Made by a program: the position numbers and the translations under genes
DNA from: a virus
Lineage: Duplodnaviria > Caudoviricetes
Reading direction: 5' to 3' (one strand)
IMG/VR virus record: IMGVR_UViG_3300038673_000493
Location: 1-64,000 of that record
Length of the DNA: 64,000 nt
Notes under the pieces: generated by a model
Database searches by the model: none
What the model was told of the DNA's origin: nothing
The model's input: only the letters and a program-made list of their open reading frames with translations
Shown here: one piece after another, positions 6,607 through 15,961 of the stretch
How the letters are laid out: each line of letters opens with the position of its first letter
How positions within the stretch are numbered: the first letter of the stretch is position 1

Positions 6607-7401
6607 ATGTATTTGCAAATCACCAATAAATGCAACATGAATTGCCGACATTGTGGTTTTTCTTGCAATCGAAAAGGAATTCACATGGAATGGGAAACTT
6701 TCATCAATGCAATTCAATTTATCCGTGATCGTGATGATGAAACAATTACTATAGGTGGTGGAGAACCTACTTTGCATCCAAGATTTTTTGACATACTAAA
6801 AATCTGTTTGGATGATTTTAATTATGTTTGGATGGCTACTAATGGCAGCCAAACAAATGCTATGATTAGATTAGCCAACATCATAGATAATTGTGATTAT
6901 GAATCATTTTCACGGGGAGATTATTGCACTTGTGAAGAAGATCCTGACGATTGTGAATGCTGGCCAGATAAAGCAATCTATCAAGATGGTAAATTAACAG
7001 TTGCTTTATCTCTTGATTATTTCCATTCCCCAATTAATGATAAAATAGTTGAATTGTGGAAAAACAGAAGCAAATGTTCCAGTTTCAATTTCCATAATAA
7101 CTATCAAATTAGGGATGTGACAATTAGTCATAGTGGCGTAGTTAAATCAGGTCGTGCAATTCGATCGGGTGTTTGGCAAGATGAATCAAATTGTATATGT
7201 CCGAATACTCATATTGCTCCTAATGGAGATGTGAAGTTATGTGGTTGCAGAAATTCTCCTATATTGGGAAATGTCAATACTTCAGTAGATGATGAATCCC
7301 TTGAATTTTTTAGGGATAATGATATTGATTGTATAAAAAACATGACTAAAAAATTAAGGAGGATATATGAAACGAAGGCATATCAAACATTATCTGATTG
7401 A
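6607..7401 (+). CDS. Radical SAM protein with C-terminal SPASM/twitch-like cysteines (start corrected to 6607)
   Basis: YLQITNKCNMNCRHC (CxxxCxxC), GGGEPTLHP, ATNG. Confidence 0.85.
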   Translation: MYLQITNKCNMNCRHCGFSCNRKGIHMEWETFINAIQFIRDRDDETITIGGGEPTLHPRFFDILKICLDDFNYVWMATNGSQTNAMIRLANIIDNCDYESFSRGDYCTCEEDPDDCECWPDKAIYQDGKLTVALSLDYFHSPINDKIVELWKNRSKCSSFNFHNNYQIRDVTISHSGVVKSGRAIRSGVWQDESNCICPNTHIAPNGDVKLCGCRNSPILGNVNTSVDDESLEFFRDNDIDCIKNMTKKLRRIYETKAYQTLSD

Positions 7402-7618
7402 ATCCCCGGTCATTAAAGGCAAAGAAGGTGATGAAGTCAAATATCCCGTTAGTTGTAACTACAATGGAGGCATTGTAATTAACGGAAAATGGTATGACGG
7501 CTTCATCGTAGGACAACCATTGTTACCAAAAGGATTAGAATTGCAAAGCATCGGAGTTGGGCTACAGCTTAATGCTACACCACCTCTAGCAACTGCCATT
7601 CTAGTCAGAAAAAAGTGA
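7367..7618 (+). CDS. Hypothetical protein
   Basis: ORF track, overlapping gene chain. Confidence 0.5.
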   Translation: MKRRHIKHYLIESPVIKGKEGDEVKYPVSCNYNGGIVINGKWYDGFIVGQPLLPKGLELQSIGVGLQLNATPPLATAILVRKK

Positions 7619-7860
7619 ACCAAATGCATATCATTCACGAATCCACAATTAGAAACGAAAGCGGAGTTATTGAGATAACAATATTTATTGTCAATAAAAA
7701 AACGGCTAAACGCTATACCTATGGATTGTCTAGTTCATGGGCAGCGGAACAGTTTCACAAATGGTATCGTAAAGGCAGAGTTTTTCATGGAAAAGCCCTG
7801 CAATTTTTAAAAAATTTTCAATTGAAAGGAGAAAGAGAGTATGGAGAAAACCCCCGATAA
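7615..7860 (+). CDS. Hypothetical protein
   Basis: ORF track, GTGA overlap with the previous ORF. Confidence 0.55.
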   Translation: MNQMHIIHESTIRNESGVIEITIFIVNKKTAKRYTYGLSSSWAAEQFHKWYRKGRVFHGKALQFLKNFQLKGEREYGENPR

Positions 7861-8164
7861 CGCCTTGAATAAATTTTGGAGACCGTCATGGCCGAAAACT
7901 GTAATTCCGAGATACAGAAAGCTTTTGTTCAGATCAAATTGGTACATCTATGATTACAAGAAATTTGATCTGGTAAAAGACATTGCAGGTAATGTAATTA
8001 CAGTTTCCGATATAAAAAACCATTTCGGACAAACAGAAGAACAAAGGAACTTTTACAAAATTTTTGAGGAGCTTGTTCGAACTGATATGGTCAATCAAAT
8101 GACTTTAATCAAGAACAGGGAAGAGGCAATAATTGCCAACCGTAAAAAAGAAGGATTTGGCTGA
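7841..8164 (+). CDS. Hypothetical protein
   Basis: SD AAAGGAG. Confidence 0.6.
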   Translation: MEKTPDNALNKFWRPSWPKTVIPRYRKLLFRSNWYIYDYKKFDLVKDIAGNVITVSDIKNHFGQTEEQRNFYKIFEELVRTDMVNQMTLIKNREEAIIANRKKEGFG

Positions 8165-8216
8165 TACCTTATAAAATATTATCAGCAAATAAAAAGAGAA
8201 AAGGAGAAAGAAGCTT

Positions 8217-8423
8217 ATGGGAAAGATTAGAGTAGCATGGAACAAGAACCATACGAAAAGTGTGGTCTTGCAAAAGCTGAAGGAATTTTCTATTAACGAA
8301 AACCATGATAATACCTTCAGAGTCAGTGGATGGTACAACAAAGAAAATGCTTTTATTTTCGGTGATTTCAATACAAGAGAAGAAGCCGAAACATATCTGC
8401 AAGAAATCCACAATTTATTTTAA
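8217..8423 (+). CDS. Hypothetical protein
   Basis: SD AAAGGAG. Confidence 0.6.
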   Translation: MGKIRVAWNKNHTKSVVLQKLKEFSINENHDNTFRVSGWYNKENAFIFGDFNTREEAETYLQEIHNLF

Positions 8424-8452
8424 AATAACCTGGAAAAAAGCTTGACAAAAGT

Positions 8453-8770
8453 ATGACTAACAACTACAAAAACAATGAGGATTGCATGACTAAATACACC
8501 ATTTACCCTTGTACCGAATTAACATGGTTAAGACTGTTTAGGCGTATCAAAAAAGTGGCTAAAGAATCAAACATGTTCATTTCTGTAATAGATATTAAAC
8601 CTCAAGAAATACCGAAAGAAGTACAAGTCAAAATGAATCCATTAATTCACACAAAAAATTGGAAGAAGAAAACAAATTCTTTTGTGCCTAATCACATTAC
8701 AACAATCATTTTGGAGAATGAACAAGATGAACAAAACCAAAAACGTCAGAAATTCTTGTCCGAAACCTAA
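8453..8770 (+). CDS. Hypothetical protein
   Basis: ORF track; GAGG SD before the internal ATG of MTKY. Confidence 0.5.
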   Translation: MTNNYKNNEDCMTKYTIYPCTELTWLRLFRRIKKVAKESNMFISVIDIKPQEIPKEVQVKMNPLIHTKNWKKKTNSFVPNHITTIILENEQDEQNQKRQKFLSET

Positions 8771-9050
8771 GAAAATTTTACATAAAAGAAATCCTGAAAA
8801 ATATGAAAAAGAAGCTAAAGAACTCCTATCAATAACTCGTTTGCGAACTTATATGGACGGAGAACTTTGGAGAGAGATTCAAGAAATTTCCAGACTTCTT
8901 GAAAAATCGGTAGTATCACACAAAAAATCGGTGGAGCAAATCGTTGTTGACACAAAGAAAATAATGAAAGAGCGGGAAAATCTTTATGTTTCGCAAGCAA
9001 TTGGTTTTCTTTACACCGATTTTTTCTATATTTTGAAATCAAATAAGTAA
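8718..9050 (+). CDS. Hypothetical basic protein
   Basis: SD GGAG before ATG 8718; contains PKPKKILHKR. Confidence 0.55.
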   Translation: MNKMNKTKNVRNSCPKPKKILHKRNPEKYEKEAKELLSITRLRTYMDGELWREIQEISRLLEKSVVSHKKSVEQIVVDTKKIMKERENLYVSQAIGFLYTDFFYILKSNK

Positions 9051-9063
9051 AGGAGGAAAGACC

Positions 9064-9291
9064 ATGATGATGAAAAAGAAGGCATTAACTCCGAAATCTC
9101 TAACGCCGAAGGTAGAAAAGCCTAAAGACAGAATGCTTTGGGTTCGTTTGCCAGATGCTCTTAACAAGAGATTTCAAAAACAATGTGAACGATTGTCAGT
9201 AGGAGACGGTACGCTTGCAAGAATGGCAATTGTGAAACTTGTTGAGGAAGAGGAAGCGAAAGAGCGTGAACTAGCAAGAAACAAATCTTAA
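9064..9291 (+). CDS. Ribbon-helix-helix (CopG/Arc-like) DNA-binding protein
   Basis: MLWVRLPDALNKRFQKQCERLSVGDGTLARMAIVKLVE fits the strand-helix-helix pattern. Confidence 0.55.
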   Translation: MMMKKKALTPKSLTPKVEKPKDRMLWVRLPDALNKRFQKQCERLSVGDGTLARMAIVKLVEEEEAKERELARNKS

Positions 9292-9331
9292 ACCTTTAAC
9301 ACCAAGAAGTAAAGAGAAAGAGAGGGAAATT

Positions 9332-9805
9332 ATGGAATGTAAATACTGTGCCTTTTTCCAAGAATCTCCGACCAGATTCGGAAAAGGGGAAGAAAGGTTC
9401 TGTAATCATGTTCATCGGGTGGTTTCAGAAAATAAAGAAATTTGTGAAGATGGTTTTGAAGCTTATTATTTATTCTGGTGTGAAAAATCTAATGCTTGGT
9501 TAGATTTACCTGTATGTTCTGCTCGACAATCTAAAGGATATTCAGAATGTTCTAAATGCAGACAAAAACAGGACATTATGGAAATCAGAAGATTCATGGG
9601 CAGAAAAGCACGATTGAATGGGACTGCTCCGAAACCTATCATTAAGAAAAAAGAGAGTGAAGAAAAGGAGCCGGAAAAACCGAAACCTAAAATCATTCTG
9701 CATAAGAAACAACCTGAGGAAAAACCTAAGCCCAAAATGATCTTACACAAGAAGGCCAAAGAGTCAGAAATTCCTAAACCTATCAAAAAGATAATTAAGA
9801 AGTAG
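9332..9805 (+). CDS. Cys-rich hypothetical protein with Lys/Pro-rich tail
   Basis: Several CxxC pairs; repeated KPKPKxILHKK. Confidence 0.6.
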   Translation: MECKYCAFFQESPTRFGKGEERFCNHVHRVVSENKEICEDGFEAYYLFWCEKSNAWLDLPVCSARQSKGYSECSKCRQKQDIMEIRRFMGRKARLNGTAPKPIIKKKESEEKEPEKPKPKIILHKKQPEEKPKPKMILHKKAKESEIPKPIKKIIKK

Positions 9806-9814
9806 GAGGATTTC

Positions 9815-10165
9815 ATGTCAGGAAAGAAAGAGAATGTGGAAGATGCCGCTTACATATTTTGGAGCAACACCGTTGATATTTATGATGTAAGCATTCTCCA
9901 AGAAGTTTCTGAAATACATTCGATTAATCCAGAAACTCTTTTAATTGAAAAAGATAATCTGAAAAATTCTTTAACTAAAGAATGCAGAATTGTGGCTGAT
10001 ACCATACTAAATTTGCCAGAAGAAATGTTTCTTGTGAATGGCAAACTAAAGAAAACAGCCCTGAAAAAAATCCTTAAACAGAAATTAGGATGGTCAAACA
10101 CCAAGATCAATCGCATCAACGAAAGTTTGGCTAGACAATTATTGGACATGGGATATTCAGTTTAA
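9815..10165 (+). CDS. Hypothetical protein, possible HTH / sigma-region-4-like
   Basis: SD AGGAGG; helical C-terminus; the function is a weak guess. Confidence 0.45.
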   Translation: MSGKKENVEDAAYIFWSNTVDIYDVSILQEVSEIHSINPETLLIEKDNLKNSLTKECRIVADTILNLPEEMFLVNGKLKKTALKKILKQKLGWSNTKINRINESLARQLLDMGYSV

Positions 10166-10192
10166 TTCCGCTAAACATTTTTAACAAAATTC

Positions 10193-10201
10193 TGCTATAA
10201 T
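10193..10201 (+). promoter_or_regulatory. Extended -10 promoter element TGCTATAAT before the helicase
   Basis: Same motif recurs intergenically at 23141 (TGCTACAAT), 28170 and 34670. Confidence 0.6.
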
Positions 10202-10220
10202 AAAGAAAAGAGGGAAATCT

Positions 10221-11624
10221 ATGCCTGAATTTTGGATTAAATTTTTAGATCCGATAGAAAGCAAAATGTCTCCGGCACTTTATAAAGTGATTAAAGATCA
10301 TTTATCGTATCCTGCCGTCTATTACAGACAATCTCCGTTTAAGAAAAAACGGGAAGAGTTCATGAAAAGAACTTTTATTGGACACGATAAAGAAGGGTGG
10401 TTTTTCTATACAGGATTTGTTCCGAGAGTGAGAGAATTTTGCATCAAAAACAAAATTGCCTTACATGAAGAAATTGAAACATACGGTTTAACTTATAAAG
10501 AACCAGCTCTACCTATGGGTATTGATGCACGATCATTTCAGATTGATATGGTTGAAAAAGTTATTGAATTAGAACGGGGAATATTAAAAGCTCCGACAGG
10601 TACGGGGAAAACAATTTTAGGTCTTTACGTTATTTCTTGTTTAGACGGACTTGGGAATATTCTATGGCTTTGTCATACCAAAGATTTAATGTATCAAACA
10701 GCAGATGAAGCAGTTAAATGGTTTGGTTCAGAAAATGTTGGCAGAGTAGGAGACAGTCAATTACAACTCGGAAGATTTTTTACTTCTGCCACAAGACAAA
10801 CTTTCAAAGAACATGCAGAACAATGGGGAACTGAATATGACATGATTGTTTTAGATGAAGCTCACCATCTTTCTGCCTTTCCTTATCGTGATCGTTATGG
10901 AAATGAAGTTGGAGAATATGGTTGGATATTCAAGAGAATCTTTGCTCCAATTCGTATAGGATTAACTGCTACAATGCCTGATAAGATTGAATCAAAGATG
11001 GCAATGGAAGCTTTAATCGGTCCTATTTTAGAAGAATTTACAATCAAAGAAGCAGAGGATCAAGGGTATATGGCAAAACCAATTATCAAGATTAAAAAAA
11101 TTCCAGCATCTGAAAATGTCAAACAGTATAGAAAATATTCCGATGTATATGAATGGGGAATTGTCCGGCGTTTAGAACGAAACAGAATCATCATTGATAT
11201 TGTCCAACAACATCAAGAAAAAAATGAATCGGTTCTAATCGTTGTGAATAAAATTGATCATGGAGTTCTTCTCAAAAATCTCGGAGACAGAAGAAATCTT
11301 GAAATAGAATTTATTCATGGGGAAACAGATTCAGCAACCAGAGCATCCGCTAAAAAATTATTGAACAGCAAACGTTTGAAATGCGTTATTTGCACTTCAG
11401 TTTGGAAAGAGGGAGTAAATATTCCCGAATTAAATGTAATCATAAATGCGGCTGGTGGAAAATCTGAACTAAATACATTGCAAGTAATCGGTAGAGGATT
11501 AAGAAAAACAGACAACAAGACCGAATTGATTATCTATGATTTTTTTGATCCTTCTCATCATTATCTCATTTCTCATTTTGGAGAACGTCTAACTCTTTAT
11601 ATGGAAATGGGATGGATCAGCTAA
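10221..11624 (+). CDS. Superfamily 2 DEAD/H helicase (UvsW/XPB-like)
   Basis: APTGTGKT, LDEAHH, GLTAT, QVIGRGLR. Confidence 0.92.
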   Translation: MPEFWIKFLDPIESKMSPALYKVIKDHLSYPAVYYRQSPFKKKREEFMKRTFIGHDKEGWFFYTGFVPRVREFCIKNKIALHEEIETYGLTYKEPALPMGIDARSFQIDMVEKVIELERGILKAPTGTGKTILGLYVISCLDGLGNILWLCHTKDLMYQTADEAVKWFGSENVGRVGDSQLQLGRFFTSATRQTFKEHAEQWGTEYDMIVLDEAHHLSAFPYRDRYGNEVGEYGWIFKRIFAPIRIGLTATMPDKIESKMAMEALIGPILEEFTIKEAEDQGYMAKPIIKIKKIPASENVKQYRKYSDVYEWGIVRRLERNRIIIDIVQQHQEKNESVLIVVNKIDHGVLLKNLGDRRNLEIEFIHGETDSATRASAKKLLNSKRLKCVICTSVWKEGVNIPELNVIINAAGGKSELNTLQVIGRGLRKTDNKTELIIYDFFDPSHHYLISHFGERLTLYMEMGWIS

Positions 11625-12241
11625 TGAATACAAAAAAATGTAAAGTTTTTAATTGTGAAAATTCTTACCACGCAAAAGGGTATTGTAGAAGGCATTACCA
11701 TCAAATATTTTATTACGGTGAAATAAAAAACAGAACATGGTTTGATAAAAATAATTTCATTATTGAAAATGACATAACAAAGATAATTTTGTTTAACCAA
11801 AAACAAATCAAAGTTGGTGAAGCTTTAATAGATACAAAATATTTGAAAAAATGCCAAAATATAAAATGGAGATTGCATAAAGGATATGTTGTAGGTTTCC
11901 CCAAAATAAAATTATCAGAATTTATTTTTGGAAAGAAAAAATATGATAGTACAATTATTGATCATATAGACAGTAATCCTTTAAACAACAAACGAAACAA
12001 TCTCCAAGAAATAACTAACCAACAAAATCAAATAAAAAAGAAAATGCAAGGAAACAATACCTCTAAATATAGAGGAGTTACTTACAATAAAAATGCTAAA
12101 AAATGGCAAACCACAATAGTAAAAAATTATAAACATTATTATTTGGGATTGTTTTCTGATAAAAAAGAAGCCGCTTTAGCTTATAATAAAAAAGCCAAAG
12201 AATTATTTGGTAGGTTTGCTATATTAAATAAGGTAAATTAA
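11624..12241 (+). CDS. HNH homing endonuclease with AP2 DNA-binding domain
   Basis: DHIDSNPLNNKRNNLQ; SKYRGVTYNK...WQTTI...YLGLFSDKKEAALAYN. Confidence 0.9.
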   Translation: MNTKKCKVFNCENSYHAKGYCRRHYHQIFYYGEIKNRTWFDKNNFIIENDITKIILFNQKQIKVGEALIDTKYLKKCQNIKWRLHKGYVVGFPKIKLSEFIFGKKKYDSTIIDHIDSNPLNNKRNNLQEITNQQNQIKKKMQGNNTSKYRGVTYNKNAKKWQTTIVKNYKHYYLGLFSDKKEAALAYNKKAKELFGRFAILNKVN

Positions 12242-12243
12242 AT

Positions 12244-13146
12244 ATGAAACCAGACTATAATGCAATCTTGAGAGAATTTGATTTAATCAGATATTTGGAC
12301 AGTAGAAATATCTGGCACAAAGATCATGGAGATAATGTCTCTAGGGGATGGACTTCGATCAATTGCTTATTCTGCATCGATCATGCCAATCATCTAGGAA
12401 TCAATTTAACCACCAAAGTATTCACTTGCTATAAATGTGCTGAAAAAGGAAATTCTTATAGACTGATTCAAGAAATTGACGGAGTTGATTTTCGTGGATC
12501 AGTTCAAATAGCAAAAGAATTTGGAGGAGAAGTTTATGTACCAATAGAAAAACAGTATCAAACAAAACTGAAACTTCCCTCAAACATCTTAAAAGATTTT
12601 CCGAAAGAATACAAAGATTATCTCATCACACGGAAATACGATCCTGATTTTGTAATCAACAAATATAATTTATTAGCAGCCGGTCCTATTAGTGACTTTC
12701 GATTTAGAATCATTATGCCTGTTTTCATGAATAATCGAATGTTATCATTCGTAGGCAGAGATATAACGGGAAAATCGATTCTGCCGTATAAAAACTCAAG
12801 TGAGAAGTTCTGCATCAGAGATCCTAAAAAATGTCTCTATAACATTGATTCCGTTATTCAAGACAAAGCAGTTGTTGTTGAGGGAATCTTTGATGCATGG
12901 AGAATCGGAGACGGTGCTGTAGCAACTTTCGGTGATCAATACACACATGAACAAATCAGATTATTCAAGAATCTAAAGCGAGTATTTGTCTTATATGACG
13001 CGGATGCCACACATATTTCTTATAAGCTTGCTTCTGACTTGTCTGCAATTGTCAAAGAGGTAAAAGTCATTGAATTAAGTGAAGGAGATCCAGATAAATT
13101 AACCGAAGATGATGTAAGAGCATTAAGAAAGGAAATCGGATTATGA
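12244..13146 (+). CDS. DNA primase (zinc finger plus TOPRIM)
   Basis: CLFC...CYKC zinc finger; VVVEGIFDA; VLYDAD; GDPD. Confidence 0.88.
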   Translation: MKPDYNAILREFDLIRYLDSRNIWHKDHGDNVSRGWTSINCLFCIDHANHLGINLTTKVFTCYKCAEKGNSYRLIQEIDGVDFRGSVQIAKEFGGEVYVPIEKQYQTKLKLPSNILKDFPKEYKDYLITRKYDPDFVINKYNLLAAGPISDFRFRIIMPVFMNNRMLSFVGRDITGKSILPYKNSSEKFCIRDPKKCLYNIDSVIQDKAVVVEGIFDAWRIGDGAVATFGDQYTHEQIRLFKNLKRVFVLYDADATHISYKLASDLSAIVKEVKVIELSEGDPDKLTEDDVRALRKEIGL

Positions 13147-13427
13147 CAGAATTTACTCCTATACTTATTGAAGAATTTAAAAAATGGTTAGGACCAAAAG
13201 GAATCCGGTTCTTTCAATTATGTAAATTTTTGAAAGGAACGGTTTCTCCTGTTTTTGCAATCAAAACAAATGCCAAAACAATACCATATGCTATTCACTT
13301 CAATGAAGGTATGCAAATTCGTAATTGGATGCGAGGTCAATCAGAATTTAAAGAATTTACTGATCATGATTTTGATAATACATGGACAATATTAGTTGAA
13401 AAAGCAATTGAAAAGGAGAAAACATGA
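13143..13427 (+). CDS. Hypothetical protein
   Basis: ATGA coupling; HFNEGMQIRNWMR. Confidence 0.6.
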   Translation: MTEFTPILIEEFKKWLGPKGIRFFQLCKFLKGTVSPVFAIKTNAKTIPYAIHFNEGMQIRNWMRGQSEFKEFTDHDFDNTWTILVEKAIEKEKT

Positions 13428-13771
13428 AAAAACCAAGACCACAAAAATTACAAGGTTCCACCTATTCTATGAAAACAGGTTGTGGAATGCTATACATAAC
13501 AATCAATGATGATCAAGAAGGTATGTTTGAATTATTTTCATCTTTAGGAAAATCTGGTGGATGTGCCTCTTCACAAATAGAATCCATTAGTAGATTAATT
13601 TCTTTGTCATTAAGATCAGGAGTTGATCCAAAACAAATCATTAAACAGTTGATAGGAATATCTTGCCATCAATTTATAAAAGCAGAAGAAAATTCGGTAA
13701 TGTCTTGTGCCGATGCCATTGCTAAAACAATCAAATTTCATTTAGAACAAAAGGAGGTGCAGAATGGTTAA
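13424..13771 (+). CDS. Stand-alone TSCPD-domain protein (class II ribonucleotide reductase C-terminal / NrdJb-like)
   Basis: MKTGCGMLYITIN...GKSGGCASSQIESISRLISLSLRSG...SCADAIAK. Confidence 0.85.
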   Translation: MKKPRPQKLQGSTYSMKTGCGMLYITINDDQEGMFELFSSLGKSGGCASSQIESISRLISLSLRSGVDPKQIIKQLIGISCHQFIKAEENSVMSCADAIAKTIKFHLEQKEVQNG

Positions 13772-14129
13772 AGAAATTATTGTAAAAGAAATGGAAACAA
13801 ATGAAATGCGGGAATGTATCAAAAAAGTTTTAGAAGAAATGGAAAAAGAAAGAAAATCAATACTGCAAAATTTAGTAGATAGAGATCATCCTAATCTTCA
13901 AATGGCCACAGAAGTTTTTGAAATAGCTTCCTTACTTCAACCAATCTGCATAAAATCATTATATATGGACAATTATTTATGTACCCAAATAACTTCCGTA
14001 TTAATTGCTATTCTTAATGGAGTCAATAATGGTTATATACTTGATGAAGTTGAAAGATTGTTTAAGGTACATTCATTGATGAATACAAGTACCGAAGAAG
14101 CTCCAAAAAATAAATCTAAATTGAATTGA
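13764..14129 (+). CDS. Hypothetical protein
   Basis: SD AGGAGG. Confidence 0.6.
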   Translation: MVKEIIVKEMETNEMRECIKKVLEEMEKERKSILQNLVDRDHPNLQMATEVFEIASLLQPICIKSLYMDNYLCTQITSVLIAILNGVNNGYILDEVERLFKVHSLMNTSTEEAPKNKSKLN

Positions 14130-14246
14130 TATTTTGGAAATTTTCTTGACTTTTTTTAATTTAAGTTGTCAAGTGATTTCTCAATTTGCTTTCCATATCA
14201 AAGCAGTAAACCTGTTTTGATTTTGCAATCAAAAAGGAGTTCAATC

Positions 14247-14555
14247 ATGAAAATCTTTAATGAAGAAATAATAGTAATCCCAAAAGCAGTAGTAAAATTA
14301 GGATTAACCACTGCTTTTATGCTTTCAGTATTACAATATGCAAGACTTTATTTCCAAGAAAAAAATATGATAAAAAATGATTTTTTTCCTTTATCATCAA
14401 CCATCATTAAAAATGAAATAGGACTTTCAAGAGAAGTACAAGATCGATCAGTTAAAAAATTATCAAAATTAAATTTAATAGAAACAAAAGTTATGGGCAT
14501 ACCTGCAACAAAACATTTCAAAATAAATTTAGAACAAATATGGAAATTAATATGA
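14247..14555 (+). CDS. Winged-helix protein related to the N-terminus of the next gene
   Basis: GLSREVQDRSVKKLSKLNLIETKVMGIPATKHFKIN; SD AAGGAG before ATG 14247. Confidence 0.6.
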   Translation: MKIFNEEIIVIPKAVVKLGLTTAFMLSVLQYARLYFQEKNMIKNDFFPLSSTIIKNEIGLSREVQDRSVKKLSKLNLIETKVMGIPATKHFKINLEQIWKLI

Positions 14556-15922
14556 CAGAAGAATATCCGTCTTATGAACAAATGATTGAATATAACAATC
14601 TATCAATGGGCACAGGTCCATTCATAGTTGTTTATGCAAGAACCATAGAAATACTAGGAGCAATTGAATCAATTCTTTTCCAATATCTTTTACGAAAAGA
14701 ATCAAATTTCCGAGAACAAAAAACCTTACAAGATGATGAATTTTTTTATAATATTTTAGAAGATGTTCAATACGGAACAGGTCTTTCCAGAAGAAATATT
14801 GAAACCGCAACAAAAAATTTAGAGGAAATGAATCTCATTGCAACGAAAATCAAAGGTATACCACCTAAAAAGTTCTATAAAATCAATCACAAAGAGGCTT
14901 ATCTTCAGTTTGTGTGTATCCGACAAACAAATTTTCACGGTCCGTACAAATCAAAATGCTCGGTCCGTACAACAACTAATAAAGCATTAACTAAACTCCG
15001 TTTCAACACTTCGTGTTCAAGCACTTTCTCCGAAAGTGCTTGTAAAAAAATTAAACCTATAATCAAGAAAGATCGCAAAAAAGATTACATCAAAAACGGA
15101 ATCAAAGAAACCCTTGCTAAAAATCAGGAGAAGCGTTTGCAGGATAAAAAAGCAAAGTTAGTCCGAACTACTACTTTTGAAATAGATATTATACTTGATT
15201 ATTGGAGAAGCAAAGGATTGACAGTTCACAGAGAAGGAACAAAATCTTATGCCCTTTTGATTGATAGAATCAAATCTTTGCTTAAAGGAACTTTGTTCAA
15301 TTCATTCATCGATAAATCAAATCACAATCGAAAATTTTCAACGGAAGAAATCAAACGATCAATTGACAATTATTGTTTAGCGGCATACAATTCAGATTAT
15401 GAACCGACTAACAAAGCATTCTTGCAAGAATTGAGATTCGTGGATTTCTTTCTTACTGACAAACCTTGTTCTACAGAAAAAAGAAAAAGTGTATTTCTGC
15501 AATTCTTGTTGGAAAGACCAAGACAAACATCACAATCAAAAATTTATGGAGCAAAAGATGAATATCCTCATGCTTCAAAAATCATCACTGATTGGTATAA
15601 GAAAACATTCGGAAACAGAGACGGTGGAAAATATACTTTGCAAAACAGAAATGACATTGTTTATGCCACAAAAGAAATAGCCAAGTTTTACGAAAAAAAT
15701 AAAAGTGCTTTGAAAATTGACAATTGGAAAACGATGTATAGTCAAACCGATCCGATTGCTTTTTTAGCTGTACAGCTTACAAGAACGATGGATAAGATAT
15801 TGCGAGAACATGATATTATGTTTTCATCATTCACAACTTCTTGGTTAAAATCTGAAAAGACGTTTAATGAGAGGTTCCCGTCTTTTCTGTATCAAGAGAG
15901 TATGATGAAGCGTAATCAATGA
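14552..15922 (+). CDS. Putative replication initiator (N-terminal winged helix)
   Basis: GLSRRNIETATKNLEEMNLIATKIKGIPPKKFYKIN; directly upstream of dnaB; internal repeats. Confidence 0.55.
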   Translation: MTEEYPSYEQMIEYNNLSMGTGPFIVVYARTIEILGAIESILFQYLLRKESNFREQKTLQDDEFFYNILEDVQYGTGLSRRNIETATKNLEEMNLIATKIKGIPPKKFYKINHKEAYLQFVCIRQTNFHGPYKSKCSVRTTTNKALTKLRFNTSCSSTFSESACKKIKPIIKKDRKKDYIKNGIKETLAKNQEKRLQDKKAKLVRTTTFEIDIILDYWRSKGLTVHREGTKSYALLIDRIKSLLKGTLFNSFIDKSNHNRKFSTEEIKRSIDNYCLAAYNSDYEPTNKAFLQELRFVDFFLTDKPCSTEKRKSVFLQFLLERPRQTSQSKIYGAKDEYPHASKIITDWYKKTFGNRDGGKYTLQNRNDIVYATKEIAKFYEKNKSALKIDNWKTMYSQTDPIAFLAVQLTRTMDKILREHDIMFSSFTTSWLKSEKTFNERFPSFLYQESMMKRNQ

Positions 15923-15961
15923 AAAAATGCGGTAAATCAAATTGTCGTGAGGGAGAACAGC

